Assembly (NCBI GenBank): GCA_963789265.1
Contig: CAWBKB010000001.1
Location: 2,368,001 to 2,432,000 of the forward strand
Direction of reading: 5' to 3'
DNA from: an uncultured delta proteobacterium
GTDB taxonomy: Bacteria > Desulfobacterota > Desulfomonilia > Desulfomonilales > Desulfomonilaceae
Length of the DNA stretch: 64,000 nucleotides
Shown here: positions 8,189 to 19,716 of the stretch, one piece after another
Numbering within the stretch: the stretch's first letter is position 1
How the letters are laid out: every line of letters begins with the position of its first letter
The notes under the pieces: generated by a model
Databases searched by the model: none
Told to the model about the DNA's origin: nothing
The model's input: only the letters and a program-made list of their open reading frames with translations
Position numbers and translations under genes: made by a program

Positions 8189-9346
8189 CTATTGGGCTAG
8201 TTGCTCCTTGACCGAAAGGGCCACCTTGTACAGGATGGTGAGTATCAAGAAGCCCAAGGCCCACACACCCAGGGTTATCGACATTTCAGTCGGGGTCGGC
8301 ACATACTGAGTTATAGTGTTAAACGGCGAAGGGATGAAGCCCGTAAGGACCAGTGTGATGCCCTTCTCTATCCACAGAGAGACAAAGACGAACACGCATG
8401 CTATGGGCAAGACTTTTTCGCTGTTTCGAGTCCTGGGGTTGACCAGCAGAATCACAGAAAGCAGGCCCAACACCGCTGAAGTCCACATCCAGGGTGTGAG
8501 GTTCGAATGTCCGCGCAGGCCCCAGAAGAGGTAGTCGAAATTCTCCATGTGTTCGGGTATCCGGCTGTAGAATACCGTGAAGATTTCGCACAGGACGAAA
8601 AATACGCTGATGACCATCGCGTAAGTGACGATCTTTGACAGAGTCTGAATGGCTTCCCAACCCGCATCAAACTTGGTGTACTTTCGCAGAAAGACACATA
8701 TTAGAATTAGGAACGCTGGACCTGCGGCAAACGCGGAGCCAAGGAACCGCGGAGCCATAATAGCCGTGAGCCAGAATCCTCTCCCGGGCAGACCGGCATA
8801 GAGAAACGCCGTTACCGTGTGAATGCTGATAGCCCAAGGAATGGAGATATATATGAGTGGCTTCACCCATTTGGGAGGGGGTGCATCCCTCCGCTCGGCT
8901 CCCAGCACCGCCCAGCCGATCACGATGTTGAGAAAGAGATACCCGTTCAATACCAACAAGTCCCAAAATAGAACCGAATTAGGCGTGGGGTACAGCAGGA
9001 CGTTGAACGCTCTCCAGGGTTGCCCTAAATCAATGATGACGAACGAGACACACATGGTGACTGAAGCCACGGCCAGAAACTCCCCTAGAATGGTGATCTT
9101 GCCGAACACCTTGTAATTATGGAGATAATAAGGCAAGACCAACATAACGGCGGAGGCCGCTACGCCGACGAGAAACGTAAACTGGCCTATATAAAGACCC
9201 CATGAAATGTTTCGGCTCATCCCCGTGATGCCCAATCCGTAGCTCAACTGCCTGAGATAGTTAAGAAAACCTATTCCCAGGATGATCAGCAGAAGCAGTA
9301 CCCATAGTTTGTAGCTTCGACTTCCGGTTAACGCTTTTTCGAGCAT
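8189..9346 (-). CDS. dsrP: DsrP (NrfD/PsrC family membrane subunit)
   Basis: ITGMSRNISWGLYI..FLVGVAASAV..WAISIHTVTAF..APRF; last gene of the MKJOP block. Confidence 0.95.
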   Translation of the reverse strand: MLEKALTGSRSYKLWVLLLLIILGIGFLNYLRQLSYGLGITGMSRNISWGLYIGQFTFLVGVAASAVMLVLPYYLHNYKVFGKITILGEFLAVASVTMCVSFVIIDLGQPWRAFNVLLYPTPNSVLFWDLLVLNGYLFLNIVIGWAVLGAERRDAPPPKWVKPLIYISIPWAISIHTVTAFLYAGLPGRGFWLTAIMAPRFLGSAFAAGPAFLILICVFLRKYTKFDAGWEAIQTLSKIVTYAMVISVFFVLCEIFTVFYSRIPEHMENFDYLFWGLRGHSNLTPWMWTSAVLGLLSVILLVNPRTRNSEKVLPIACVFVFVSLWIEKGITLVLTGFIPSPFNTITQYVPTPTEMSITLGVWALGFLILTILYKVALSVKEQLAQ

Positions 9347-9353
9347 GGCCACC

Positions 9354-10148
9354 TCACAATATGTAATAAACCGATGGTTGTGTTCCTAGTTGGGGTCTGC
9401 GCCGAATGGACGGATTCTTGCGAAGTAGTTCGCTGACTTCGGAGTTGGGATCCGCAAGATCACCGAAATTCAATGCCTTGTATTCCTTGCAAGCATCCAC
9501 GCAAGCCGGGATAAGGCCTTTAGCCAGCCTTTCATCGCAGAAGGTGCACTTTTCCACAACGCCGCGCATCCGCGTTGGATATTCGGGATTCAACTCAGTT
9601 TTGATAAAGGGACGCGGATCCCTCCAGTTCAAGTTCCGCGCGCCATAGGGACAAGCAGCCATGCAGTACCGGCATCCGATACACCTGTGGTAGTCCATCA
9701 TGACAACGCCGTCCGCACGCTTGAACGTGGCCTTGGTTGGGCATACACGTACGCAAGGAGGATTGTCGCAATGGTTGCAAAGGATGATGAAGGGAAGACC
9801 CTTCATGTTTTCCTTGACATATTCCCTCATGAATTCATTTTCGGCATCCGGAAAAGCATTATCAAATGGAGTCTGCCAGATCCATTTGACCTCGTGCTTG
9901 GGATCGGGCATAGTAGGGACATTGTGGGTGCGGTTGCAAGCATCCACACAGAGTCTGCAACCCTCTTTTGCCTTGAGGCACTTCTTTTGGTCCACCACCA
10001 TGCCCCATCTCTTACCCTTGAGGGCTTGAGGACCGATTACGTATTCCGGCTGCCCACCCTGGGCAACGGCATCGACCAGCGGCTTAGCCGCCAACCCCAA
10101 CACGGAGAGACCGGCGACCTGTAAGAATCGTCTTCTTGTGCTATCCAT
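9354..10148 (-). CDS. dsrO: DsrO periplasmic iron-sulfur protein
   Basis: Tat signal STRRRFL; CNHCDNPPCVRVCP, CIGCRYCMAACP, KCTFC. Confidence 0.95.
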   Translation of the reverse strand: MDSTRRRFLQVAGLSVLGLAAKPLVDAVAQGGQPEYVIGPQALKGKRWGMVVDQKKCLKAKEGCRLCVDACNRTHNVPTMPDPKHEVKWIWQTPFDNAFPDAENEFMREYVKENMKGLPFIILCNHCDNPPCVRVCPTKATFKRADGVVMMDYHRCIGCRYCMAACPYGARNLNWRDPRPFIKTELNPEYPTRMRGVVEKCTFCDERLAKGLIPACVDACKEYKALNFGDLADPNSEVSELLRKNPSIRRRPQLGTQPSVYYIL

Positions 10149-10542
10149 CACTTATTGCTCCTCCCGGCCTCTTTGGTCTCTTTAGGCGCGATATGGCAAT
10201 TCCAACAATCGGGGGATGCCCCCATATAGTTGTGGCATCGATCGCAAAACTCGGCCTTTTTAGTGTGGCACTTGGTACAAGTATTCTGAAGGCTGATGTC
10301 GTACTTTTTGCCGGTGGAACTGACATAGACTCGCTGGTTTTCCCGCACTGCATGGTCTCGCCAGGTGGCCAGCAACTGCATGTGAGAAGATTTCATGTAA
10401 GGCGTCGGCTCCACACACGCTTTCTCGGTCGTCCCAACCTCGAGCTTGGGAGGCACGGATGCTTTCCCCCTGTTGTACCAGAAAGCGGACGTGACCAGCA
10501 CAACAAAGATGATTAGCCCTATGGCGATTTTCACTCCGTTCA

Positions 10543-10543
<1 letters not shown>
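10148..10543 (-). CDS. dsrJ: DsrJ triheme cytochrome c
   Basis: Three CxxCH motifs (CTKCH, CDRCH, CWNCH), conserved CVE and HMQLL..WRD. Confidence 0.95.
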
Positions 10544-12159
<1,616 letters not shown>

Positions 12160-12161
12160 GT

Positions 12162-13169
12162 TTACTCCTTATCCACCGGGATTCCGGCCTCTTTCATCTT
12201 TTCTCTGAAATCGTCCTCGTACTCTTCGTACGAATGTAGCTTTACAGGGTAGTTCCACGGATTGATGTATCTCTCGCTCCGGTTGTTATTTGCCATATTC
12301 CTCGTGGGGCTGAGAAAAACCCCCGCCGAGTGCATGATCTTGCTGAATGGGATGTAAGCGAGAAGGACGCTCACCAAGAAAACGTGAACGTAAAAAATCA
12401 CTCCGATGTTGGCAGGGGGAGCCGCAGGATGAAGCGTCACCAGACTCATGGTTAATTGTTTGACGCTCAGCAGATCCACCTTCCACACGTTACGCATGAG
12501 AAGGCCGGAGCCGGCGATTCCCAGGATGAGAAACAGCGGGAAGTAATCCGCGGGAAGCGAAATGTACCGCATGTCCGAAAGCGCCACCCTTCTCAGGAAA
12601 AGGTACGTCACAGCGGCGAGAAAAGCGACGTCGGAAATGAAGACGGTAGGTATGAGTAAATGGAAAAAGCCGTCAACTGAGGTGAGAAGGTCAACAAATT
12701 GTGGTACAGGTTCGATGAAGAACCGGAAGTGCCTCAAGACAATGATAAGGAATGAATAGTGGAACAGGATGCCGGCAAGCCACAACCACTTGGCTGACGC
12801 ATAGGTTAGACGGGGGCCCTCTCTCAATTCCGCCCTAGTGTTCCTGAACAGCGAGCGGAAGAGAAGCACTTCCAGCAACATCCGCCCGATCACGCCCCAT
12901 GTGTTGTAAGGGCTCTCAAGATTGTTTGCCTTTATCCAAGGAAGAGATCGGCCCTGTCCGCAGGTCGAGGGAATTCGAAAGGGAACCGGTATCCTTGCCC
13001 ATTGCACCACTCGCCAAATAAAGCCCAGGACAAATATGACGCCTGCGGCATAGGGGATGACGACCCCGAACAGAGTAGCCAGTCCCACCGTCCCCACTCC
13101 CAGCAGGGCGAGCAAAACCAGGACTATCACTGCGAATAGTGCTAAGAATAGGGAAGACCATGAATTCAT
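12162..13169 (-). CDS. dsrM: DsrM diheme cytochrome b subunit
   Basis: PVPFRIPSTCGQ, LLFRSLFRN, FHYSF, HxRFF, PFSKIMH..SPTRN. Confidence 0.96.
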   Translation of the reverse strand: MNSWSSLFLALFAVIVLVLLALLGVGTVGLATLFGVVIPYAAGVIFVLGFIWRVVQWARIPVPFRIPSTCGQGRSLPWIKANNLESPYNTWGVIGRMLLEVLLFRSLFRNTRAELREGPRLTYASAKWLWLAGILFHYSFLIIVLRHFRFFIEPVPQFVDLLTSVDGFFHLLIPTVFISDVAFLAAVTYLFLRRVALSDMRYISLPADYFPLFLILGIAGSGLLMRNVWKVDLLSVKQLTMSLVTLHPAAPPANIGVIFYVHVFLVSVLLAYIPFSKIMHSAGVFLSPTRNMANNNRSERYINPWNYPVKLHSYEEYEDDFREKMKEAGIPVDKE

Positions 13170-13185
13170 CTGCCACCACCTCGAT

Positions 13186-13755
13186 TTATGTTACGCTATT
13201 CTTGCTGCCGTTTTCGGGAGCCTGCCAATCTTGCGGCATCCCGTATTTCTGACAGGCCCTTTCCAGTATTCTGGAGGTCCTGTTCCTGATCTCAGTAGCT
13301 TTGATCTCAAAAAGTTGTTCTCGGCAGTGCATATAAATGTTGAACGAGAGGAGAGCAAGTCGATCTATTCTCGATTCGATCTTCAATAATTGCCCAAATA
13401 ACAGATTTTCTCGAATTTCTTTGGCAACAGCCTCCCTAATAGCCGTCTTCAGAAGGAACACAAAGCCAACTGCATTGGCCGGGGAAAAATCCTGCACCGC
13501 CCTTATTCGGACAATCTTGTCCAAAGATGTGGCAAACTCGTGGGGTCCGGCGTCTCCGGATTTGAGCAGGCGCTCGTAAATCTCTTCCATCCCCTCGGAA
13601 ATAGACATACCAACAGGATTGGCGAATCGATCGTTCTGTCTTTTCAAGAACTTCCTTGAGTCAGCGGGATAAGTGTCGAGGGTAAGTTCAAACCATCTTC
13701 GCAAAATTACGGTTCGGTTCTTAGCCAGCAGATCTTCCAACATTTCCTGTTTCAT
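13186..13755 (-). CDS. dsrT: DsrT (RsbRD N-terminal domain protein)
   Basis: W..YP..DRFANPVG..IVRIRAVQDFSP..F..Y..CRE; canonical position upstream of dsrM. Confidence 0.9.
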   Translation of the reverse strand: MKQEMLEDLLAKNRTVILRRWFELTLDTYPADSRKFLKRQNDRFANPVGMSISEGMEEIYERLLKSGDAGPHEFATSLDKIVRIRAVQDFSPANAVGFVFLLKTAIREAVAKEIRENLLFGQLLKIESRIDRLALLSFNIYMHCREQLFEIKATEIRNRTSRILERACQKYGMPQDWQAPENGSKNSVT

Positions 13756-14038
13756 GTTTCCTTAGTTTTTGCCGGGACGCTTGATTCCAAAAACATCCAC
13801 CGTCAGGGTCATCTTGGTGAGGCAACTAACGTCAGCGTCCCGCGAATTCTGCGGTGGACAATTTCTGTCAACTACCCAGTCGCGCGAGAAACGTCTTGGT
13901 CGAATCGGTTTCTACACTTGGATCGAGGGTACGCCCGTGGGCAACCCTTAACCGCTGGGACCGGCGACTGACAGTTTTTCTATGATTGGACGCCGACTGC
14001 TGGAGATTAGCAATCATGACGGCGAGTTCCGAAGCGGA

Positions 14039-14067
14039 AGTATACTGGCAGGCACCCAGGGTGTCAA
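14039..14067 (-). promoter_or_regulatory. sigma70 promoter of dsrTMKJOP
   Basis: TTGACA-17 nt-TATACT on the minus strand. Confidence 0.75.
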
Positions 14068-14102
14068 GACTTTTAGAAAAGTTTTTTGGAACGTATTCCG
14101 AG

Positions 14103-16913
14103 TTATATGACCGGCCGCACCGCTGAACCGATCAACAAGCCCACGGGAAAGGTCCTTAGCACGTCCCCCACAGCCAGTGAATCCCCTCCGTAAGCTATCT
14201 CGTCGGTAAGGGCATTCCTAAACATAGATGGCGAGCGGCCCGGTAAGATCACTCGGGTGTCTTCCCAGACTCGTGTGCCGAGAGGGAAATCGCCCTCCCC
14301 CACCACGGCGCACAAAAATCTTGGAGCTATCGTAATTGCCCAGGTTTCGTCGAACTTCCTCGCGAACGCAATCACGTTGCGCTCAAATCTTCCAATGGTC
14401 TTCAACGCGATGTAGTCCCCTTTCTCGAAGACCAGCGGAGCGTTCTTCCGGGTATTGAGTGCCCTATACACCAGAAAGAGCTTGATTCTACCGTCCCGAA
14501 CGTCAGAAAGAAGCTCGGAAACGAGTCCTGGCAGGTCTGTAGCGGCCTTATTGCAGATGTATTGCGATAACGCGATCCTGCGCTCAAAGTTGACCGGCCG
14601 GCGATTGTCAGGATCAACCAGGCTCAGATCCCAGAGTTCCGTTCCCTGGTAGAGGTCAGGGATGCCGGGAGAGGTAATCTTGATAAGTTCCTGCGAAAGG
14701 GAGTTTAACATCCCATAATGAGCGATCTTCCTTTGGAAGGGGAGGAAATCCTTCAGGAAAGCGTTTTCTTCCGAAGTGTCGAGAATATCTTCTAGGAAAG
14801 CCATGTAAGCAGATTCATAGGGAACATCCGGTTTTATCCATTCGGTGTGTACCTTGGCCTCTCGTACAGCTTTGGTTATGTATTGTTTGATTCTCTCTAC
14901 GAATTCAGCATACTCGGCCTCTACAAAGGGAAAGGCGCCGATCAAGGTCTGGTAGAGAAAGTATTCGTCATTCTTGTCGGGAACATACATGTCACGGACC
15001 CGACTCTTCTTGGATTTGTTGAGCCTACTCCAGTTCCGAACATTGCTTTCCCATTCCCGAGGAATCTCAGAGAGCACGTTTATTCTAGCTCTAACATCTT
15101 CACCTCGCTTGGTATCGTGGGTGGAGGTAGTGTTGAATGAGTGCGGCCACTGTTTTTGCCTCTTCCTGTTGAAGCTGTGGAATTCCTTCACTAAACACCC
15201 AAACCGATCAGGTCTCCCACCCACTTCATTTAGTGAAATCAGTTTGTTGTAGACATATGATGCGGTATCTTCCAATCCCTTTGCCATAAGCGGCCCTGTG
15301 AACTGTTGAAACCTCATGGCAAATCTCAACCATTCGTCCTTCTCTGCTTCATCCAAATACTCAGGGAAATTCAGTAACAGAAAACGCCTGAGGAACTTGA
15401 ATTCATGTACCAGTGCAGGGTTACCGGCTGTCGCTCTAGCCACGGCTTCTTCAATATACTTCCGGTCATTTCCGGAAACCACACGGTCGTTAATGTAGGT
15501 GCGGTAAACCGGGAATGCTGCCAGCACTTCAACGATAGCCCTGCGCAGCCCAAACATTGTTAGATCGCTACCGTGCCGATCACGGCTGGAGATAGTCTTT
15601 GCCTCTTGTGCCAGGTTGATAACATCTCCACCCATGTGCTCGACAATGATCAGTCTCTTCTTGTCTCGGAGCAACTCTGCAAAACCGGCTGTGGAGCCAA
15701 TTAGTTTGAAATAGATAGAGTTAAGTATTCTGTCGTTTCGCGTGTCACAGAATAATCCGTTGGCATAATTCAAGAAATCGTAGCCGGTTGTCCCCTCAAC
15801 AGGCCATGAATCACACAATTCCTCCTCTGAACCGAGGATCTTCTCTACGACGAGGAAAGTGTCCGGCGCCTTGTCTCTTAGCCGCTGTAAATATCTGCCC
15901 GGATCGTACAGACCGTCCACATGGTCGATTCTCAAACCATCGACGGTTCCCTCTTGAACCAGTCTCAGAATAAACTCATGCGTCTGGTCCAAAACTGCCT
16001 CGTCTTCGATTCGTAATGATATTAGTCCGTTGATATTAAAGAATCTGCGGTAGTTTATCTCTTTGGTTGCGACCTTCCAGTACGAAAGGCGGAAAACCTG
16101 GCTGGAGAGCAGTTCATCGAGAAAGCTGAAACTCTCGGACTTTCCGGTAACTCCGTTGATAATTCGTATGTTTTCATCGAACACTTCGTTAACGTCATGA
16201 TTTCGTGAATATATGTCCCACAGCATCCGCTTGATGAATCTTATCTCAACGTAGCGATCAACGGTATCTTCCTGAGAAGCCAAGGTTTTTAGGATGTAAA
16301 GAACCCCCAGAAGCTTTATGAAGTCGGGATGTTCTTCTCCCAGCCTGTTTCTGAGAGACGCCAAAGTCCTGGAGAATACATTGTGATACGTCTGTATTCT
16401 CACAGGAAAAGCCCTGTCGTAGTAACGAACAATCAAACCTTCTTCGCCGTATTCGAGCCTTATCTCCGCGTCTTCGAGAGCCTCCCCGTAAAAGCGTCCA
16501 AGAAAAGGGGCAAGAACCCGACCCTTGAGGTTTTCATAGTCGTGCTCCCAATCGATGTCGAAGAATTGGAAGTACTTGGAGCCCTGACCGCTCTCCAAGA
16601 CATCCATGAGGAGCTTATTGTCAAAAGCAAAGGCCATGTGGTTGGGAACCACGTCTTGAATCCACCCGAGGCCGTTCCTTTTGACTTCGTCGGTCAGGTC
16701 AGAGAAATCGTCCTCAGTCCCCAGTTCGGGATTAAGTTGACTGGGATCGACAATATCGTACCCGTGAGGGCTCCCTTTCCTGGCTTTGAAGACAGGCGAT
16801 GCGTAGATGTCCGATATGCCGAGATCCGCCAGATAAGGTAGAATTCTTCTCAGCGACTGGAAGCCGAAGGCAGGATTGAACTGAATTCGGTAGGTGGCCA
16901 TTGGAATGTGCAT
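14103..16913 (-). CDS. treY: Malto-oligosyltrehalose synthase
   Basis: ATYRIQF, YASP..GSPHGYD, DVVPNHM, INYRRFF, GLRIDHVDGLYDP, VVEKIL, STHDTKRGEDVRARI. Confidence 0.96.
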   Translation of the reverse strand: MHIPMATYRIQFNPAFGFQSLRRILPYLADLGISDIYASPVFKARKGSPHGYDIVDPSQLNPELGTEDDFSDLTDEVKRNGLGWIQDVVPNHMAFAFDNKLLMDVLESGQGSKYFQFFDIDWEHDYENLKGRVLAPFLGRFYGEALEDAEIRLEYGEEGLIVRYYDRAFPVRIQTYHNVFSRTLASLRNRLGEEHPDFIKLLGVLYILKTLASQEDTVDRYVEIRFIKRMLWDIYSRNHDVNEVFDENIRIINGVTGKSESFSFLDELLSSQVFRLSYWKVATKEINYRRFFNINGLISLRIEDEAVLDQTHEFILRLVQEGTVDGLRIDHVDGLYDPGRYLQRLRDKAPDTFLVVEKILGSEEELCDSWPVEGTTGYDFLNYANGLFCDTRNDRILNSIYFKLIGSTAGFAELLRDKKRLIIVEHMGGDVINLAQEAKTISSRDRHGSDLTMFGLRRAIVEVLAAFPVYRTYINDRVVSGNDRKYIEEAVARATAGNPALVHEFKFLRRFLLLNFPEYLDEAEKDEWLRFAMRFQQFTGPLMAKGLEDTASYVYNKLISLNEVGGRPDRFGCLVKEFHSFNRKRQKQWPHSFNTTSTHDTKRGEDVRARINVLSEIPREWESNVRNWSRLNKSKKSRVRDMYVPDKNDEYFLYQTLIGAFPFVEAEYAEFVERIKQYITKAVREAKVHTEWIKPDVPYESAYMAFLEDILDTSEENAFLKDFLPFQRKIAHYGMLNSLSQELIKITSPGIPDLYQGTELWDLSLVDPDNRRPVNFERRIALSQYICNKAATDLPGLVSELLSDVRDGRIKLFLVYRALNTRKNAPLVFEKGDYIALKTIGRFERNVIAFARKFDETWAITIAPRFLCAVVGEGDFPLGTRVWEDTRVILPGRSPSMFRNALTDEIAYGGDSLAVGDVLRTFPVGLLIGSAVRPVI

Positions 16914-17045
16914 CGGTATGGTGACCTTGTTATGCCTTGGTGCCCAATTTCTTCAATTCGGTAACGTATTCTCGTGTGCCCAATGCGTAAAGTAGGGCCG
17001 GCCTCCCCGCGGGACGCGGGGTCGCTCAAGATTCGCGGTTAGAGA

Positions 17046-17195
17046 GAAAGTGTCTCAAAACTATGTTGATGCCCAGCATCGTGGCACGATTAAGCCTAGT
17101 CAGCATTTTCGGTGCCCTCGCCCTTTGGGAGAGGGTCAGGGTGAGGGAATTTCGTGTTACGATTGCGTCCAGTTCAAGAATTTTGAGACAGTTTC
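17046..17195. mobile_element. MITE with internal REP, itself inside a GTAG..CTAC repeat
   Basis: TIRs GAAAGTGTCTCAAAA / TTTTGAGACAGTTTC (14 of 15 match); internal CCCTCGCCCTTTGGGAGAGGGTCAGGGTGAGGG. Confidence 0.6.
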
Positions 17196-17284
17196 GGGAC
17201 GCCGGCGCTACATTACAAGTGATACCGTACTTCAGGAAATGGACACCTAGCGGATGTCGATCGTCAAATCACGGGCTTACCGAC

Positions 17285-19712
17285 TCATGGAACCACCATC
17301 CTCAGATTTTCCGCCAGAGATTCGAAAAGCTCCATCGATCCCGCTGCGCCCGGATCACCTTCGCCCGCTCTTTGCCGCAACTCCCCGCAGACGGCCTCCA
17401 TGACCTTGTAACAAATGTTTTGCACTTGCCTGAGGTTGACTTGAAAAGGCAATGAAGTAGCCAGCTTGGCCGCAGTATCCAGGGCGCGGAGAATCGTCGT
17501 GTCAGCAGGGGCATTCATCAGTTGGCCGCTCAGGGCCTCCATGTTCTTCCTCAGCGCAAACTCTAGGGTATCTGAGTCCAAAGATATGCCGGAAAGACCT
17601 GCCTCGTCCAGAAGGGGCTGTATGACCTGAAGATCGAGTGGTAACTCTCCGAACGCTCGGCTGAGCCTGACAGTCAACACATATTCTGCCGCGGTACGCA
17701 GCGGCACGGGGATGGGGACCCCAGAATCTCCCAGGAAACGTATCAGAGGGGCGTGGTGCTCGTAGATCTGCCCGTATCCGGCCTCGGCTTCGGCCAGCGT
17801 AGGCTCCATGATAAGGCTCAAGACCCGCCGTTGTTCGTCTCGAAAAAGTGACCTCAGCGAGTAAGACGATATTCCGAAATGGTGATCCATTAGCCGAATT
17901 ATCTCAGAAAATTCGAGCGCGGTCGAAGACCTCACTGAGGTCTGTCGCAAGCGCCTCGAATTTTTCTTCACCCTGATATTCTGTTATTCCGCAGTTTATA
18001 TTGTGGTCTCCCAGATGCAGAACTCCAAAGACAAGCGTTGAGGATTCCAGAGTTATTCTTGATGTCAGAGTGGAGCGTCCCACCGCGAGCTTGGCGCGGC
18101 CTGCTTGGGAACTCTGATAGGCTTCTCGGGTAGCAGAATACGAATATATGGAACTCTCCTCCTCGTATTCCTCGAACAGGGAACTTACTGCGTAGTGACC
18201 TCCCACCTTTGTCAAATCCAGAATGGAAGGTCTGATCCACTTTTCGAAAATCACTCGTCCGTCTTGGTGCTCTGGAATATTGCTCTTGGCCTTTTCGAGC
18301 AGATTCAGGAACTCCCGCTCCAATTCCCCGCCCATGAGTTCGTTGGCCAATTGTAGCGCCCTGCCCGCGTATTCAATCACTTGTACGGTTTCGATGCCGG
18401 AGAGCTCGTCGAAGAACCATCCGCAACTGGTGTACATGAGCATTGTGTGGCGCTGGAGTTCCAGAAGCTCAAGAACCTTTGTTTTGTCAGCCTGAGTGAG
18501 ATATCGAGTAACATGCTGAGCTAAAAACCTTTCCACATTTTCTGGCGACCGATCTAGAATCACTTCTATGTAGTCGTTTCGCGCCTCCCACGGCTTTTTC
18601 AGCAGACTCCCGGCTATTTCGTGATAAGCCGGCGCTATGGAGTCTCTTAGCCAGTCGAACGCTTCCCTGAGAGGGGCCCGCCAGGCTTGATTCCATTCCG
18701 GGCGCCCTCCGGAGTTGCATCCACAGTTTGCGCGCCAACGCTCAACTCCGTGGACACAGCTCCAAGAGCTATTGTTGAAGATTTCCACTTCATGAGTGGG
18801 CGGGTGCTTCTCAAGATACTCACCATAATTAGTGAGTTCAGCCAGGTTGTTCGCCTCGATGTAATCGAGAGCGTAGGCCAGGGCCATATCCCCGAATCTG
18901 TGGTGGTGACCGTAGCTCTCGCCGTCAGTGGCCACCTGCACAATTTGATGTCGAGCGGCCCCTCCGGAAAAGGCTCCCACGAGCCTCTTGGCGAAGGCTT
19001 CACCATTGTTTAGGAGCCCTCCGAACGCCACTGCGTGCGAGATGGCACCATCATAAAAGAAAACGCAAATGGACCGGCCGGAAGGAAGCGATATTTGGTA
19101 AGGCATAGTCGGGTCAATAGTTCCTCGGCTGACGTCGCGCCACCGTTTTTCCCCAAACCGCCGAACCCTATTCGCTTGCGTCTGTGTCAGAACGATGAAC
19201 CGAATGCCACATTCGGCCATTATATCTAGGCTTTCCAGATCCACTGCTGTTTCCGGCAGCCACATTCCCTCAGGGTCACGTGAGAATCGCTTTTGAAAAT
19301 CCTTTATGCCCCAGAGCACCTGCGTATACTTATCGGAGCGATTGGCCAGAGGAAGAATTATATGATTGTAAGCTTGAGCCATAGCGGATCCATGGCCAGA
19401 AAACGTCCTCTGACTTTCTTGATCGGCCTCCAGAATCGCCTGGTACACGTCGCCTGCGTTTTCTTCCAGCCAGACCAGCAAAGTGGGACCGAAATCGAAG
19501 CTCATTCGGGAATAATTGTTTACAAGCCGGCTGATTCGACCTTCACCATCCATTATGCGAGAGGCCGCGTTTGGGCCGTAGCACTCGGAACATATCCTCT
19601 CATTCCAGTCATGGTAAGGATAGGCGGAATCCTGAAGTTCAATTGCCTCCAGCCACGGGTTCTCCCTTGGAGGCTGATAGAAATGACCGTGAATACAAAC
19701 ATACCGTTTCAT
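17285..19712 (-). CDS. GH57 / DUF3536 glycoside hydrolase, split by a +1 frameshift near 17915
   Basis: CIHGHFYQPPRENPW, GMWLPETAVD, ATDGESYGHH, SWSCVHGVERW, MYTSCGWFF; second ORF carries SLFRDEQRR; removing one base gives DRAEFSEII. Confidence 0.9.
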
Positions 19713-19716
19713 AGAC

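Noticed and set aside
13869..14017. 49-codon leader ORF upstream of dsrT on the minus strand
   Set aside because: No RBS and no recognisable composition; left as untranslated leader
17904..17971. Programmed ribosomal frameshifting in GH57, treZ, ddl or the Ntn hydrolase
   Set aside because: No shared slippery heptamer or stimulator; single-base insertion errors are simpler
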